A stretch of 63,996 nucleotides of DNA, filler included, from Bonamia ostreae (taxonomy: Eukaryota), in assembly GCA_040357525.1 (NCBI GenBank). It is 22 parts of 22 records of this genome, joined end to end, with 100 filler letters (N's around TTAATTAATTAA, not from the genome) between each part and the next. Parts side by side here need not be neighbours in the genome. Positions count along the whole stretch, not along the records: positions 38,178 to 41,003 come from JBDODL010000684.1; positions 41,104 to 43,927 come from JBDODL010000685.1; positions 44,028 to 46,847 come from JBDODL010000686.1; positions 46,948 to 49,767 come from JBDODL010000687.1; positions 49,868 to 52,677 come from JBDODL010000688.1; 17 more parts are not named here. One strand, given 5' to 3'. The stretch's first letter is position 1. Every line of letters begins with the position of its first letter. The translations under genes were made by a program, and so were the position numbers. The notes under the pieces were generated by a model that made no database searches, was not told the origin of the DNA, and saw nothing but the letters and a program-made list of their open reading frames with translations. Shown in pieces: positions 39,284 to 51,458 of this stretch.

Positions 39284-40302
39284 TTACTCTTCCTTTTTGA
39301 TAACTTCCTCCTCCGCGTTCCCGGCGATTTTGAGCAGCACCACAGTCACGTTGTCGGCCGCGCCCCTGCTCATCACGGCGTGTTTCACTAGAACTAACCA
39401 AATCAACCTAGTCGCCTACTCACTTCGCGCGCACTCGGCTTTGAAAAGTCGAGCAGTTCTCCGTGTGCAAAGTCCACCGTCTCCTTGATCGCCATGTGAG
39501 ACCAGACTCCGTCGCAGCCCAAGAGCAGAAACGAGTCTCTTTTCGCGTCGAGCTGAACACGCGAGACGTAGGGGGTCGCTGAAACGCCGTACTGCTTTAG
39601 CGTAGGGTCTCCGAACGACCTCGAGACGGCCAATCTGCCCAAAACACGTCCTTCTTTCACGAAGCCTCCTCTCTTCTCGATGCGCCTCCTCTCCTTAACG
39701 AGTTAACTCATAAACTTCCAAAAAGTCGGGGCTGTGGTCTTTGCTGAGTCGCCCTATCTTGAGCGGCCTCTTCCCCCTTTCTCGCGTCAAGACGGCTTTA
39801 GAGTCGCCAACATTGGCGACCCAAGCCACGTCGTCGACGAGCAGACAGACGACCGCAGTGGACCCGTCGTTTTTGCCGCGCCGCTTCAGCTCTTCGAGGA
39901 GGTCCCTGTCCGTCTTCAAGAAGGCGTTCACCAGCACCTCTTTCACGAACTCGATGTGCTCTGGCGAGTTCGGATCCGCGTCTGACGAGAAGTCTTTGAC
40001 GGTGTGCAGTTCTTCGATCAGATTGTGGTGGAGGTGCGTCTCCAAGTATTGCGCTGATGCGCTGCCGCCGTGTCCGTCGTAAACGGCGAAGAAAGAGTAT
40101 CTAGTAATTAGTCTCGCAACGAGTGCTTTCTGAACGGAGAGTTGTTTTCCTCGTCGGAAAACTGTGAGAGCTTCTCGAAGATGACGAATCTGTCTTCGTT
40201 CTCGGCTTTGTTTCCTTTGTCGGAGAACGCGCCCGTCTCAATTGCGATGACCGGGTCTTTCGCTTTCAGCGGGAAAAAATTGGTTCGGGGCGCTTTATTC
40301 AT
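39284..40302 (-). CDS. Protein phosphatase 2C (PPM family)
   Basis: NEDR, FFAVYDGHGG, DGSTA, ANVGDS, LAVSRSFGD, LGCDGVW, ADNVTV. Introns of 20, 22 and 20 nt. Confidence 0.96.
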
Positions 40303-40400
40303 TTTATTGAACTTTAATAAGAGCACTTTAACAAGAACAGTTAAAGTGTTGCTTAGAGCTTATATATTATATAGATTAGTCTAATTGAAGATTTATCAGA

Positions 40401-41003
40401 ATGCGTCTGACAAAAAGTAATCAAAAGTTAGGCAGCTTGAATAAGCCGTCTATATCAAAGTCCGAAAAATACAAACAACTTGTCGGAGATGTCAAGAAGA
40501 TTTCAGAGGCAATAGACAACTACAGAAACCACAAAACAAATTACTTTGCGGGTTTACAATATCCATTTAAGCTTGCAAAAAGTGGCGGATGGTTGATTGT
40601 ACGATGAGGAAGATCAGCTCGTTCAAAGCCCACGAGAAAAAAATCTACGACTGCAAATTCTCTCACCACAATCCCGACTTAGTCATCTCCGTCGCCAACG
40701 ACAAAAAGTTAAAATATTGGAATGTGCACGATAAAAAGCTTTTAAAGGTTATTTAGCATATTATTCCAGCTTCAATCGTTTATATTCAGAAATTTTAATT
40801 AAAAATCAATTTTGTGGATGAACCGAATTAAATAATTAATGTTGTGAAAAGGAATTTGATTTGGAATCTCCGTGGATAACATCCTGCAATATTTCAGATG
40901 ACGAAGCACTAACTTGTGTCACCGATCTTCAGAAAAACTGCACAATTTACAATCTGCGCGAGGAAACCAAAGCTCCTGTCGAAATTCTTTCAGGCCACAA
41001 AGG
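40401..41003 (+). CDS. Divergent heterotrimeric G-protein beta-like WD40 protein, 5' part
   Basis: N-terminal helix, then FKAHEKKIYDCKF..VISVANDKKLKYWN..LESPWITSC..LQKNCTIYNL..LSGHKG, colinear with G-beta GHLAKIY..SASQDGKLIIWD..SSWVMTC..LDNICSIYNL..LAGHTG. Confidence 0.7.
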
Positions 41004-41249
41004 NNNNNNNNNNNNNNNNNNNNNNNNNNNNNNNNNNNNNNNNNNNNTTAATTAATTAANNNNNNNNNNNNNNNNNNNNNNNNNNNNNNNNNNNNNNNNN
41101 NNNTTAGTTAAAGGACAAAATAAATCTTATTAACAAAAGCTGCACATGTCAAAGGACATGTTACCAAACCAAAAATTTCTCCAAAAAAATTGCTAAATCA
41201 TTATTTATAAAAATAAGCTATAAATCAAACTACTTTATTTAGTTTTAAA

Positions 41250-41828
41250 ATGCAAATCTTCAGATGCCTTAAACAATTACGTCTTTTCTCATCAACTTGT
41301 AAAAACAGAAGAACGATGTCGACTTCAACCAGCAAATTGTCTCCGACGCTGTTTTTCACCAACGAAAAGCACATCGCTCTTTTTACAATGTTACACTGCA
41401 AATTCAAAATCACCGACGACCAAAAAGTCGGCTTGCCCATTGAAACCGGGTCCATTCATTTGGATTTAAGAGGTTTCGATAAAAAATCTTCGTTTTGAAA
41501 AGACAAAAATGGCCAAATTTTTCTCTCAAAATATGTTCTCAACTGCACAAATTGCCTAAGTTTTCTTATAGACGGAAACAAAACCAATTTAGTGCAAGAG
41601 CACAAAACAACGGACACCGCGATTGAACTGGACATTTCTAGAAAAAACGGAAAGGTCAATTTTGCGCTCAAAACGTTCATAAACGACAAACAGAATTACG
41701 AAAAAAGCAGCAGATTTTTTCTGAACGAACAAGAAACCAAAATTTTAGACATTTTTCTAAAAGACGCGGTGCCCAAAATGAATTTCAGCAAACAAGAAAA
41801 CACGCTTTGGTGGCTAAAGGACGATTAA
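41250..41828 (+). CDS. Putative mitochondrial protein with a Whirly/MRP-like single-stranded nucleic-acid-binding fold
   Basis: Presequence-like MQIFRCLKQLRLFSS. A 30-nt intron (41473-41502) joins two ORFs. Beta-rich pattern with GSIHLDL and a terminal helix LNEQETKILDIFLKDAVPKM. Confidence 0.5.
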
Positions 41829-42107
41829 ATTTTTGATTAATTTTTTATATTTTTAAAAAAAAACTTCGTTGAAAAAATGTAAAAGCTAAATTTCGTTAAA
41901 AATTTATCGCCGTAAAAACTTTTCGAGAATGGAGTTAAAAATGGAGGTTTCTGGCAAATTTTTTAAAATTTTCAAATTTTAAAAATTAATTTTTAAGAAA
42001 TGTTGACATTTTATTTCTAATTTATAAAAATGACAGTTAAAAAGAATTAAAAATGGTGTCTAATTAAATTTGTCCAAATATTAAAATTTTGAAAATTAAA
42101 AAATTTT

Positions 42108-43816
42108 GTGTCGAAATATAATAAATTAAAGATTGAAAAAATCAAAATAACGTTTTCAAAAATCGAAATTTTGCAAATTATTGACACCAATGATGCGTCA
42201 ATACATATTTATTCTCCAAATCTGAAAATTATAAAAAAGATAATATTAAAAAATTTGTCGTACTGTTACATCCCTCCAAATTTTATAAAAAATAAGATGC
42301 AATTCAAATTAGTAACGAATTCTGAAACGATCGGTATTCTCAAATTGTCTGCAAAAATTAGTTCTGTTCTTCTTTATCAAAAATCTTTGAAATTGTTTTT
42401 TACAAGGAACGGCGAAAAAATTGCTTCTTCTTTTGTTAATATGAAAAAAATTAAAATTGTTTACTTTTCAAATGATTTTTGAGATAAATATTCTCATTTT
42501 TTTTCATATCTCGACAATTTTATTATTGTTACATATTTAAAGAAAAAACCGATATGCATATTGTCACTCGATGGAGGAGGTGTAAGAGGACTAGTTTCAA
42601 TACAGATTTTAAAAGAACTGGAGAACAAACTGAAAGAAAAAGGTAATTTGTTGCAAAATTTTTCCTAAGACGGGAAGAGAAATATTAGAAACAGTTTTGA
42701 TTTGATCGGGGGTACATCGACAGGCGGAATATTAACATTTGCTTTAATCTCTACAAACTTGAAACTTTACGAAATGGAGAAAAAATATTTATCTTTGTCA
42801 AAAAAAATTTTCAAAGGATCTAATTTTCTGAAAAAAATCAAAACGCAAATTTCTTTTCTGTTCAATTGTTCATCTTCAAAGTATTCACAGAAAACTCTTA
42901 AAAAGGAGTTGTTTCGAGTTTTTGGTAACAAGAGACTTCAAGATTTTGCAAATAAAAAGGTAAATATTTGAAAACTGATTTTATATTTAAAAAATGAATA
43001 ATTATTTAAGCCGAAAGGATTCGTCGTGGCTTCAAAAAGCAACTACGAAATGCCACAACTGTATTTGTTTCGAAACTACCTCGGAAAATCGACCAAAGAT
43101 TCAAAGATCAATTCAATAAATGGCACATTTAGAAAAAAAGAGTTGAGCGTTACAATCGTCGACATTTTATCCGCAACATGTGCCGCGCCAAGTTTTTCTG
43201 TAACAGTGACAAATTTGAGATTAATATTTTGAAAAATATAAATTTCAAAAATGCATAATTGGAAAGTTTTCTATCCTCCCGTCAAAATAAACGGAATAGG
43301 CACTTTTGTTGACGGAGCACTTGTCGCTGCAAATCCGACTGAAGCCGCGGTCGTAGAAGCAAGTGAGATGTGGCCAGACAAGTTAACCATAAAATATTTT
43401 GCGGATAAACAATTAAATTTTTAAATTCTGAGCATTTATTAATCTGAAGTCCCATTTCGTTGGTTGTTTCTGTTGGAACTGGAAAGAAGCGACTTTTGCC
43501 AAGGGAACACAACGGCAGAACTAACGCGGAATGGGCAATAACGATGATAGAACTGCTGCTGGAATCCGAGAGAGTGTCCGGAAGGTTGGAGTGGCTAGGA
43601 AGGGAATTGAAGAGGGTCCACCAAAGTGACAAAGTGCCTGATTTTTTCAGGATTAACACTCCGGCCGAACTCGATTTGGGGAACATTGGTTTGGACGAAA
43701 AAAGCGATCGCGTTTTGAAGGAAATGGTCATGAAAACGAGAGTTTGGCTGAAAACAGACCAAGTCGTACAAGCCAAATTATCGCTCATCGCCGATTTGCT
43801 TTGTCGTTACAATTAA
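42108..43816 (+). CDS. Patatin-like phospholipase (iPLA2-gamma/PNPLA8-like); start uncertain
   Basis: ILSLDGGGVRG, FDLIGGTSTGG (catalytic Ser), ATCAAP, FVDGA (catalytic Asp), NPT, VVSVGTG. Confidence 0.93.
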
Positions 43817-44027
43817 TTCTCTTTTATTATTTATTGTCGTTACAATCAATGTTAATTTTAATTATTTTGCAAATTTGAAAATACAATCATAACAACGTTT
43901 AATAAATCTTATTTAGAAATGGTTAAANNNNNNNNNNNNNNNNNNNNNNNNNNNNNNNNNNNNNNNNNNNNTTAATTAATTAANNNNNNNNNNNNNNNNN
44001 NNNNNNNNNNNNNNNNNNNNNNNNNNN

Positions 44028-44279
44028 ATTCCGATAATGAACTCGGTTGACATTTTTTCATTAAACCGATAATATTTAAACCGATAATAATAAAAATATT
44101 TCGATAATATTTAAACCGATAATGAACTCGGAAAGAACCAAATCGTCTATTCCGATGTGGTTTAGCAATTCGGTTGAAACTTTTTTGATTGCACTAAGTT
44201 TTTGCAGTTGTTTTATTGTTTCATTGGGCTTTTTTGATGTGGAATCAGTTTTTTCTTCAAGATTTTTTTGTTCAGTCAT
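44028..44279 (-). CDS. DHX8: DHX8/Prp22 splicing helicase, first exon only
   Basis: LQKLSAIKKVSTELLNHIGIDDLVLSEFII matches the DHX8 N-terminal [27 protein letters not shown]. Confidence 0.8.
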
Positions 44280-44516
44280 TTTGTATATTTTCGTTCTATT
44301 AAAGAATTTAGCCAATCCAGTTAAAAAAAATAATTAAATTTTTCTTTATAATTTAGAGGTTTTTCTGTTTATATTTTTTAGCCAATGTTGATTTAGCAAA
44401 TCTTTCTATTTTTATTTCATCTTCCGTTTCGAAAATTTGAAATTTAGCGAATTGAGTTTTGTTATTTGTAAATTAAAGTTTAAAAAATCAAAGTTGTAAG
44501 TCATTATTTAATAAAG

Positions 44517-46847
44517 TCAGATCATAGAACTCGTCCCTGAAAACACAATTTTCGAACTCTTCAAAATTCGATTTGTGTTCTTAGTCTCCTTTTTAGCCAT
44601 TTGTGCCGGTATTATTTGTATCCGATTGGCAGGGATTCCTTGTTGTTGTTGTTCACCAGGAATTGTTGGTTGCTGATTTTGACTAGGAATTTCTGTCTGG
44701 CCAGGATTTGTGCCATAAGGACCATTTAATCCTTTTTAATTAAATTTTTCGTTTTGAAAATAAAAATTGCAAAATTTTTTCCGACATTTTATTGCGATTG
44801 AAATTTTATTGCGACATTTTAAATTTTATTTCGAATAAACAATTTTTTCCCGACATTTTATTGCGATTGAAATTTTATTGCGACATTTTATAAATTTTAT
44901 TTCGAATAAACAAATTTTTTCCGACATTTTTTGCGATTGAAAATTGCAAAATTTATAAAAACCCGGATTCTGAGGAACTTCGGGTTGCGCTGGTCTTTCA
45001 CCCGGTTGACCATTATTTCCCAAATAAGGAGGCATTTTTTGTAACTTATCCGTTTCTCCGTCATTTATCTCATTCGCATGAAATTCAGCTTTTGGCTTTG
45101 GCAGATTTCCCAACAAAGCGGCATTCGGCCTAATTACATTCATTTTAACGCCATTTTCCGTCAACTCGAAATCAGCGACTTTTTGACGACACTTTTCCAC
45201 CCGACAAATCAGTCTGTTCGAGCTGACGAGTGGGTTCGCCGTCGCGCATTTCGGGCAGTTAATCTGTTGCAGCGTTTGACTACGGAATTTTTGGTTCGGG
45301 TACTTTTTCAAACTCGATTTTTCGTCTGTGCGGAATCGCTCGTTCTCGACGTGGAGAACGTAGTCGTCAGTGCTCTTGAATTCGATGAAATTTTTGGCGC
45401 CTCTGTTTATTGGTGTTTCCAGCGCTACTGCGATATCGAGCACAGAGTTGACCGGAACGCCATTGACGCTGTACAGTAATTTGCCTTGCAACTGGCTTAT
45501 TTCTTGAAAATGCGGACTCGCGTTGTTCACATCGATTTCCAGCGCCATTTGGTCTTTGTCTCTGCGACTGTCATCCGTGAACGCTTCCATTTCGTTTATG
45601 CCGATCATGTTTTTCTGGAGATTAGTGACGACTTCGGCCAAATTGACGACTTTGACGACCATTCCGTAAGTTTCCAAGTAGTCGTTGTTGATGGAGACGT
45701 CGTCTTTGGGGATCATGTCTCTGTTATAAGTGCATTTGTGTTTAATCTCCAAATTTTGGCCATTTCTGCGAACGCTTAGAAGCAAATTCGGTTTCTCGGG
45801 AGTAACGATCGTCGAGAAAACGCCCCACGGAATGTCATAAAGCGTCGAGTCGTTTTCGACGATAGCGATTTTGACGTTTCCTGTGTTATCAATGCTTTGG
45901 CCGTTGACAGCCAAAATGACGTCGTCTGCTTTCAAAGCGCCGATGTTTTTTGAAACGCGGACGCCATTTCCTAATGGCACGTTGAGCAGTCCTGCGGTGG
46001 ATTCGTCGACTGGTTGACATTTGATATTCGAAAACAGATGAGAGATTTGGGTGTTCAGAGAATTGTCAACTGATCTCTGACACTTGAATCGATATAGAGC
46101 CATTTCTATCAGTGGCGCTGGCTACATTTTTGGGATTTTTATTAGTAAAAAAATTTAAAAAAAATTTAAAATTTTAAAAATTTTTTACCAGGACAGCGAA
46201 CCCTTCTTGTTGAAGACCCATCGCCATTCCGCTGAATCGCATATTTTCATTGTACAAAGCGGCGCCCGGAGTCATTTCCCCAAACTCTTTTGATTAAAAT
46301 TGAAAAAAGTTTTCAATGACGGCAAATTTCAAAAACGGTTTTCGACAAATGAAAGCAACCCGACATGGTCAGAGAGACCAAACGCATTCGAACGGATCGT
46401 GGATATAACGCCGGCGGCATCTTTGCAGTTTCCACTTTGGTCGACAAAATATTTCGTCACCAACTTTGTGTTGACTGGAGCTGCTTTGTAAAATTTGACG
46501 TCGTTCTCAAATGGCTTCAAATTTATAGCGTCTTTTTTCGCTTTTTGGGGGAGGTCGTAAGGGCGGAGAAAAGCAATGTTGTAGTGGTCGTCTTCCATCA
46601 TTACAGAGGCGGGGTAGACTTTTTTGTCGATCCCCTTTAAAGACACGACTTTCCGGCCATATTCGTCTAATTTGGTGTAGGAAACTCTGTCGCATGGCAC
46701 CATCACCCCAAATTCGTTTTCGAATCGGAAGACTGTTCCAGTGGAATAGAGATAAATGGGGCGTGGATTGGCCAGTTTGTCACCGGCGATATTTGGGATT
46801 AATTGACAGCTCTCGACTAAAACGATGTTTGATATGTTAAGGGAGAA
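44517..46847 (-). CDS. Deg/HtrA (Deg2-type) trypsin-fold plus PDZ protein with a substituted catalytic triad; 5' truncated
   Basis: STGTVF, YPASV..HYNIAFL, GVISTI, TPGAALYN...GMA, DDVILAVNGQSIDNTGNV and LLYSVNGVPVNSV follow the Deg2 domain order. Confidence 0.75.
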
Positions 46848-47279
46848 NNNNNNNNNNNNNNNNNNNNNNNNNNNNNNNNNNNNNNNNNNNNTTAATTAAT
46901 TAANNNNNNNNNNNNNNNNNNNNNNNNNNNNNNNNNNNNNNNNNNNNTTTGCAATTTTGCAAATTTAGTTTTTGTAATTTTGTTATTTTGTTAATTTGTA
47001 ATTTTGTTAATTTGTAATTTTGTAATTTTATAATTTGCAGTTTTCATTTTAGACTACAAAAGCTTTACTTTAATTATATGCAAAATCTATAATGTTATTA
47101 TAAGCTTGGAAGATTATTTTATTATATTGCAAAAGCTTAAATTTTTATTCAAGTCGAAATGTTTAAATTAAATTCTGTAATTCGATCATCATTTTTCGGT
47201 AATTGAATAAATTACATAATTATATAAGAAAGTGATAAATAACCTTTTGGCTAAATAGATTTTTTTAAACTATTTGAAA

Positions 47280-48449
47280 ATGTACAAAAAGCCGAATCCG
47301 TTTTTGATGTCGATACTTCAAAACGATAAAGATAAACAAACTGCTCTCAAATTCGAAAAACGTTTTATCTTAAAATTTAGTCATTCGAGAATTTTTGGAA
47401 GACGAAAAGTTTTTTTATATAAAATTAGAAAAAACGAAATTTTGTTTAAAAGCGATAACTCGCATAATCGATTTGTTCTTTTCACCGTCTCAGAACATTA
47501 CGGCCTTATTTTCAACAACAAAAATGGAAATGACGTTGTTATAGAAAAAAACAAAAATTCGTCAAATTTTGGTTACGAAAGACTTTCGCTTGCAACAACA
47601 AATTTTATAAATTCTCCTATAAAATCAAACTCGAAAATAACGCCGAAAAACGATTTTTTGGACAAAGGACAAATTCCCAAATTCAAAAAAATTTTGCAGA
47701 GAAAATCGAACCCGACAAAAATTAAAATTGACCAAAATTCGAAAAAAGAATCTGTTGAAGATCTTAACTTAAAAATGCAAAAATGCGAAATCGAAAAAGA
47801 CGAAGCTTACAGAAAAAGCTTTTTTTTTCATTAAATTTGATAAAAAATTTTAATCGAAAAATAAAATATTAAAAAAAAGTGCGAAAAAAAATTTTGGGAA
47901 AAAACGAATCGGAAGAAGAAAACGAAGATTTTGGGGAAGTTATCGACCAAAAGATAGGCAAAGGAATAATTGATGAAGAGACGGGCGTCTGTTACATACC
48001 AAACGAGAAAAAAAATTGGTTTCAATCAAATTCGATCGAACCGAGTTGTTTCTTTCGGGGCGAAGGCCAATCACTCGGAAATGTGCGGTTTTCGAAGAAA
48101 ATGAATGAAAAGCTAAAATTTAAAAATGTCGACAAAAAAGTCGAAAAAGAAATTTCCAATTTGGAAAAAAAAAGACGCAAACGGAAATTTGGTAAAAATT
48201 GATCAAAATTTTGACAATATTTTGGAAATCAAAATAATTGACAAAATCGTTTTTTTTTGTCAAAATTTAGAATGAGCAAAGAATGCAAAAATTCATTTTT
48301 GAAAATGGTGGAAAAATAAAGACTATTTCGGACGGAAAAAAATTGGCTATATTCGAAAATTTCAAATTCGCAGAAAAAGTCTTAAATCATTTTAAAACAA
48401 GTTTCGAAGAAAGAAACTTTTGTTTGAAAAAATGGGACGGAGTTTGCTA
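47280..48449 (+). CDS. Hypothetical Lys-rich spliced protein
   Basis: Consecutive open frames of 186 and 107 aa plus a terminal exon; no family recognised. Confidence 0.4.
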
Positions 48450-48653
48450 AATTTTTTAATTTAGTCCTTTTCTGTTGAAATTTGTCTTTTTAATTTTGCA
48501 CCCAAAAGACAATTATTTATCCGAACAACAGCCATAAAATCTTAATTTAGTCGCATATTTTACTACAGCTAAAATATATTGAAAATGTATATTAAAACGC
48601 AAAGCTAAATATTCCTAGTTTATACAAATATTCTATTTGCCAATTTAGCCTTA

Positions 48654-49767
48654 ATGTCGAATGAGACAAAACTTAAAACGGTATCGGCTTCTCTTTCACC
48701 TTCGGAATCGGCGACCGATAATTCCAATTGGGACAAATTCAAAGACAAAACATCAAATCTAACATTGCCCATCTCTTCTACTCCAAAACAACTAAATCTG
48801 TTGCTCGCAAAACTTCTCAACAATGTTCTTATTGTGAAAGCTTTTGACGCCATTTATGAAAGCTCTTGCGTTATTACATCGCAAACCACTATTTAAAGAC
48901 ACTATTTACAGAATCTCTGAATTAAAGACCGAGTCAGATTTTGCCTTTTACATCAATGGCTTTGAACTAGCTACCGACTTGGAAAAGTTTTTGGAACGCG
49001 AAAAAATCTCGGCCGAAGAACAGATAAACATCGTCTTCGACCAAAAGGAGCCACTTTGGGTTCGCCCGGTCACAAGATGTTCGTCTAGTCTCAGCGGCCA
49101 CGAGAACTCGATTTTAGTCGTTCGGTTTAGCCCCGATAGCAAATCCTTGGCTACCGGCGCCGGCGACAACACCGTGCGCCTTTGGGACTTGAACACCGAA
49201 ATGCCGCGTTTCAAACTAGAAGCGCACGGCGGTTGGGTTCAAGCGCTAGCATGGTCCCCCGATAGCTCTCTGCTGTCTTCCGGGTGCTACAGCGGAATTC
49301 TGTGTTTGTGGAACCCCTCGAACGGGGAGCTCATCCAAAAATTCAGCGCTCATTCGTTTTATTATTTTGGCAAATTTCATCTTTGAAAAAAGGGGCGCGA
49401 TAATGGACATCTCATGGCGTCCTTATCACCTCGACGAAAACTCGGACCGTTTCGTCAGTGCTTCTCAGGACGGAACTCTAAAAGTTTTGACATTTTATGA
49501 AGATTTGGCGAAAGGGAAATAAGGCTCGGTTATTAACGCTGAGCGGCCATTCGGCAGCGGCGACATCGGTTTGTTGGGGCGGGAAGGACTTCATTTATTC
49601 TGGGAGCAGAGACAAGACCGTTCGCGTCTGGAATTCGAGCGACGGCGCTCTGCGAAGTGTCTTGAACGGCCATTCGCATTGGGTGAACCATATAAGTCTT
49701 AGCACTGGCTACGCCATCCGATCCTCGTTTTATGAAAAAGGAGAATCTGTGGACGGAGAAAATCGAA
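48654..49767 (+). CDS. NLE1: Notchless/Rsa4 ribosome-assembly WD40 protein; 3' truncated
   Basis: STPKQLNLLLAKLL, VRPVTRCSSSLSGH, GAGDNTVRLWDLNTEMP, WRPYHL, VCWGG, GHSHWVNHISLST. Confidence 0.95.
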
Positions 49768-49867
49768 NNNNNNNNNNNNNNNNNNNNNNNNNNNNNNNNN
49801 NNNNNNNNNNNTTAATTAATTAANNNNNNNNNNNNNNNNNNNNNNNNNNNNNNNNNNNNNNNNNNNN

Positions 49868-51119
49868 GAAAGCAAAACGCGTCGAAGCCTTCTGCTCGGA
49901 AATAAAAAGCCAGCTCTTGCGCGCCGCCATCTTTCAGAATCAGATCCACCAAACTATCGAGCTCGTCTCTCCATTTTAACAATGATTCGCACGGAACGAA
50001 AATCTCGCCTTCTTTTAGGCGAGAAGCTTTGTCCTCCAAATCGGTTTCGACTTCATTCGAGTCACTTTGGCTGGACTCGCTTCGGCGATCGTCCTCCGAA
50101 GAGACATCGAGAGGCCCGGTCTGGACAAAATTTTTTTCTGTTGCGGTCAACAAATTCTCCACGAAACAAGCTTTTTTCTTGTACGTGTCGACGTCGAAAT
50201 TTTTTCCTTCTTGGGCCAAAGAAGCTTTGGCTGCGAATTCGGCGCTTTCCGCCGCGTTGCCAAGGACGGAATGGATATTTTCCATTGCGCGGTAACAATC
50301 GAAGTACTTTTCGATCAACGTGATGTTCTGGTTGAGCACCATTTTGCCTTCTCTTATGTTCAATTGGATCAGGTTTAGCGTCTGCAGCTCCTTTTCGAGA
50401 TAGATACGCGATATGTGGAAGTCGCGTTTGTTTTTCGAGGCCACCGACAGACCGTGCAAAGCTTGTTGCACTACAATGAGCGTGGAGGGATAGTTGCTCT
50501 GCGCGATGTGCTTGGCGTTTTCCATGTACGAGAGGAAGGTCTCCAGCGCGGAGTCGTCGTCTCCGGCGCCGTTTCGGTTGGCGTACAGACTCCCGAGAGT
50601 GTATTGGATGTCAAGAACGTAGTTCTACGGAAATTAGGTGGAAACGATGTCACAGATTTGAAGGTTGTCGAGGTTAGTGACGCCTTCGAGCACTTTCACG
50701 CAGTGCTCGATGGCCGCGGAATTATCGGAAGATGAGACTAACCCCCGAATTGTCTCAAAATCGGCCTTGAAAGCGGGTTGGTATTGGTTGGCCAATTTGG
50801 ATATCTCGAAGGTGACATCGAGAAGGCCTTTAATGTCAAGCGTTTCTCTGAAGAGAGTGTTAAAATTTAAAAGGGATTTTTCGGTTGTTTCGTCGAGCGC
50901 AAAAGATTTTTTTGCGGTCTCGAAGACTTGTTCCACGGCTAGCGTGGACTTCCTCTTAAAATTCGATTCCACTTCGGGAACGAATCGAATTGCCGCTTTT
51001 TTGACCACTTCGAAAATGCTTTCGAAATCTATGTGGTCGCTCTTCGGGATCGTTGGATTTAAAATGGGATCCAAAGAGCTTTTGCCCTTTTCGGGTTTTA
51101 ATAAGCCGCCGTTTGACAT
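49868..51119 (-). CDS. Helical (TPR-like) hypothetical protein; 3' truncated
   Basis: The 21-nt intron GTTTCCACCTAATTTCCGTAG joins the 161-aa and 237-aa ORFs. YTLGSLY and IHSVLGNAAESAEF are TPR-like. Confidence 0.5.
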
Positions 51120-51458
51120 TTAGCGTTTAATGGTTAAGCGCGAAATTTTTAAATGTTATTTTTGTAATTTTCTAATTTAGCTTTTCTCTGTCCAAGATAT
51201 TGAAATAACTTTCTTATTTAATGTATTCGGAGCAAAATTACTTTGAAAGTTATAAAAACGAAAAATTATCTTCAATGGATAAAATGCAAAAACGACATAT
51301 CTTCGAAAACGAGACTTTTATTGACTAACAAGAACGGAGGGAATGGAAAGTGGTATTGACTAAAAACGAGAAATTTATCTGCAAATCTAATTCGATAAAT
51401 CTTATATAATATTGCGAAAAATATTCATAAATTTTTAGTATAAGTTAGCTTTAAAGGA

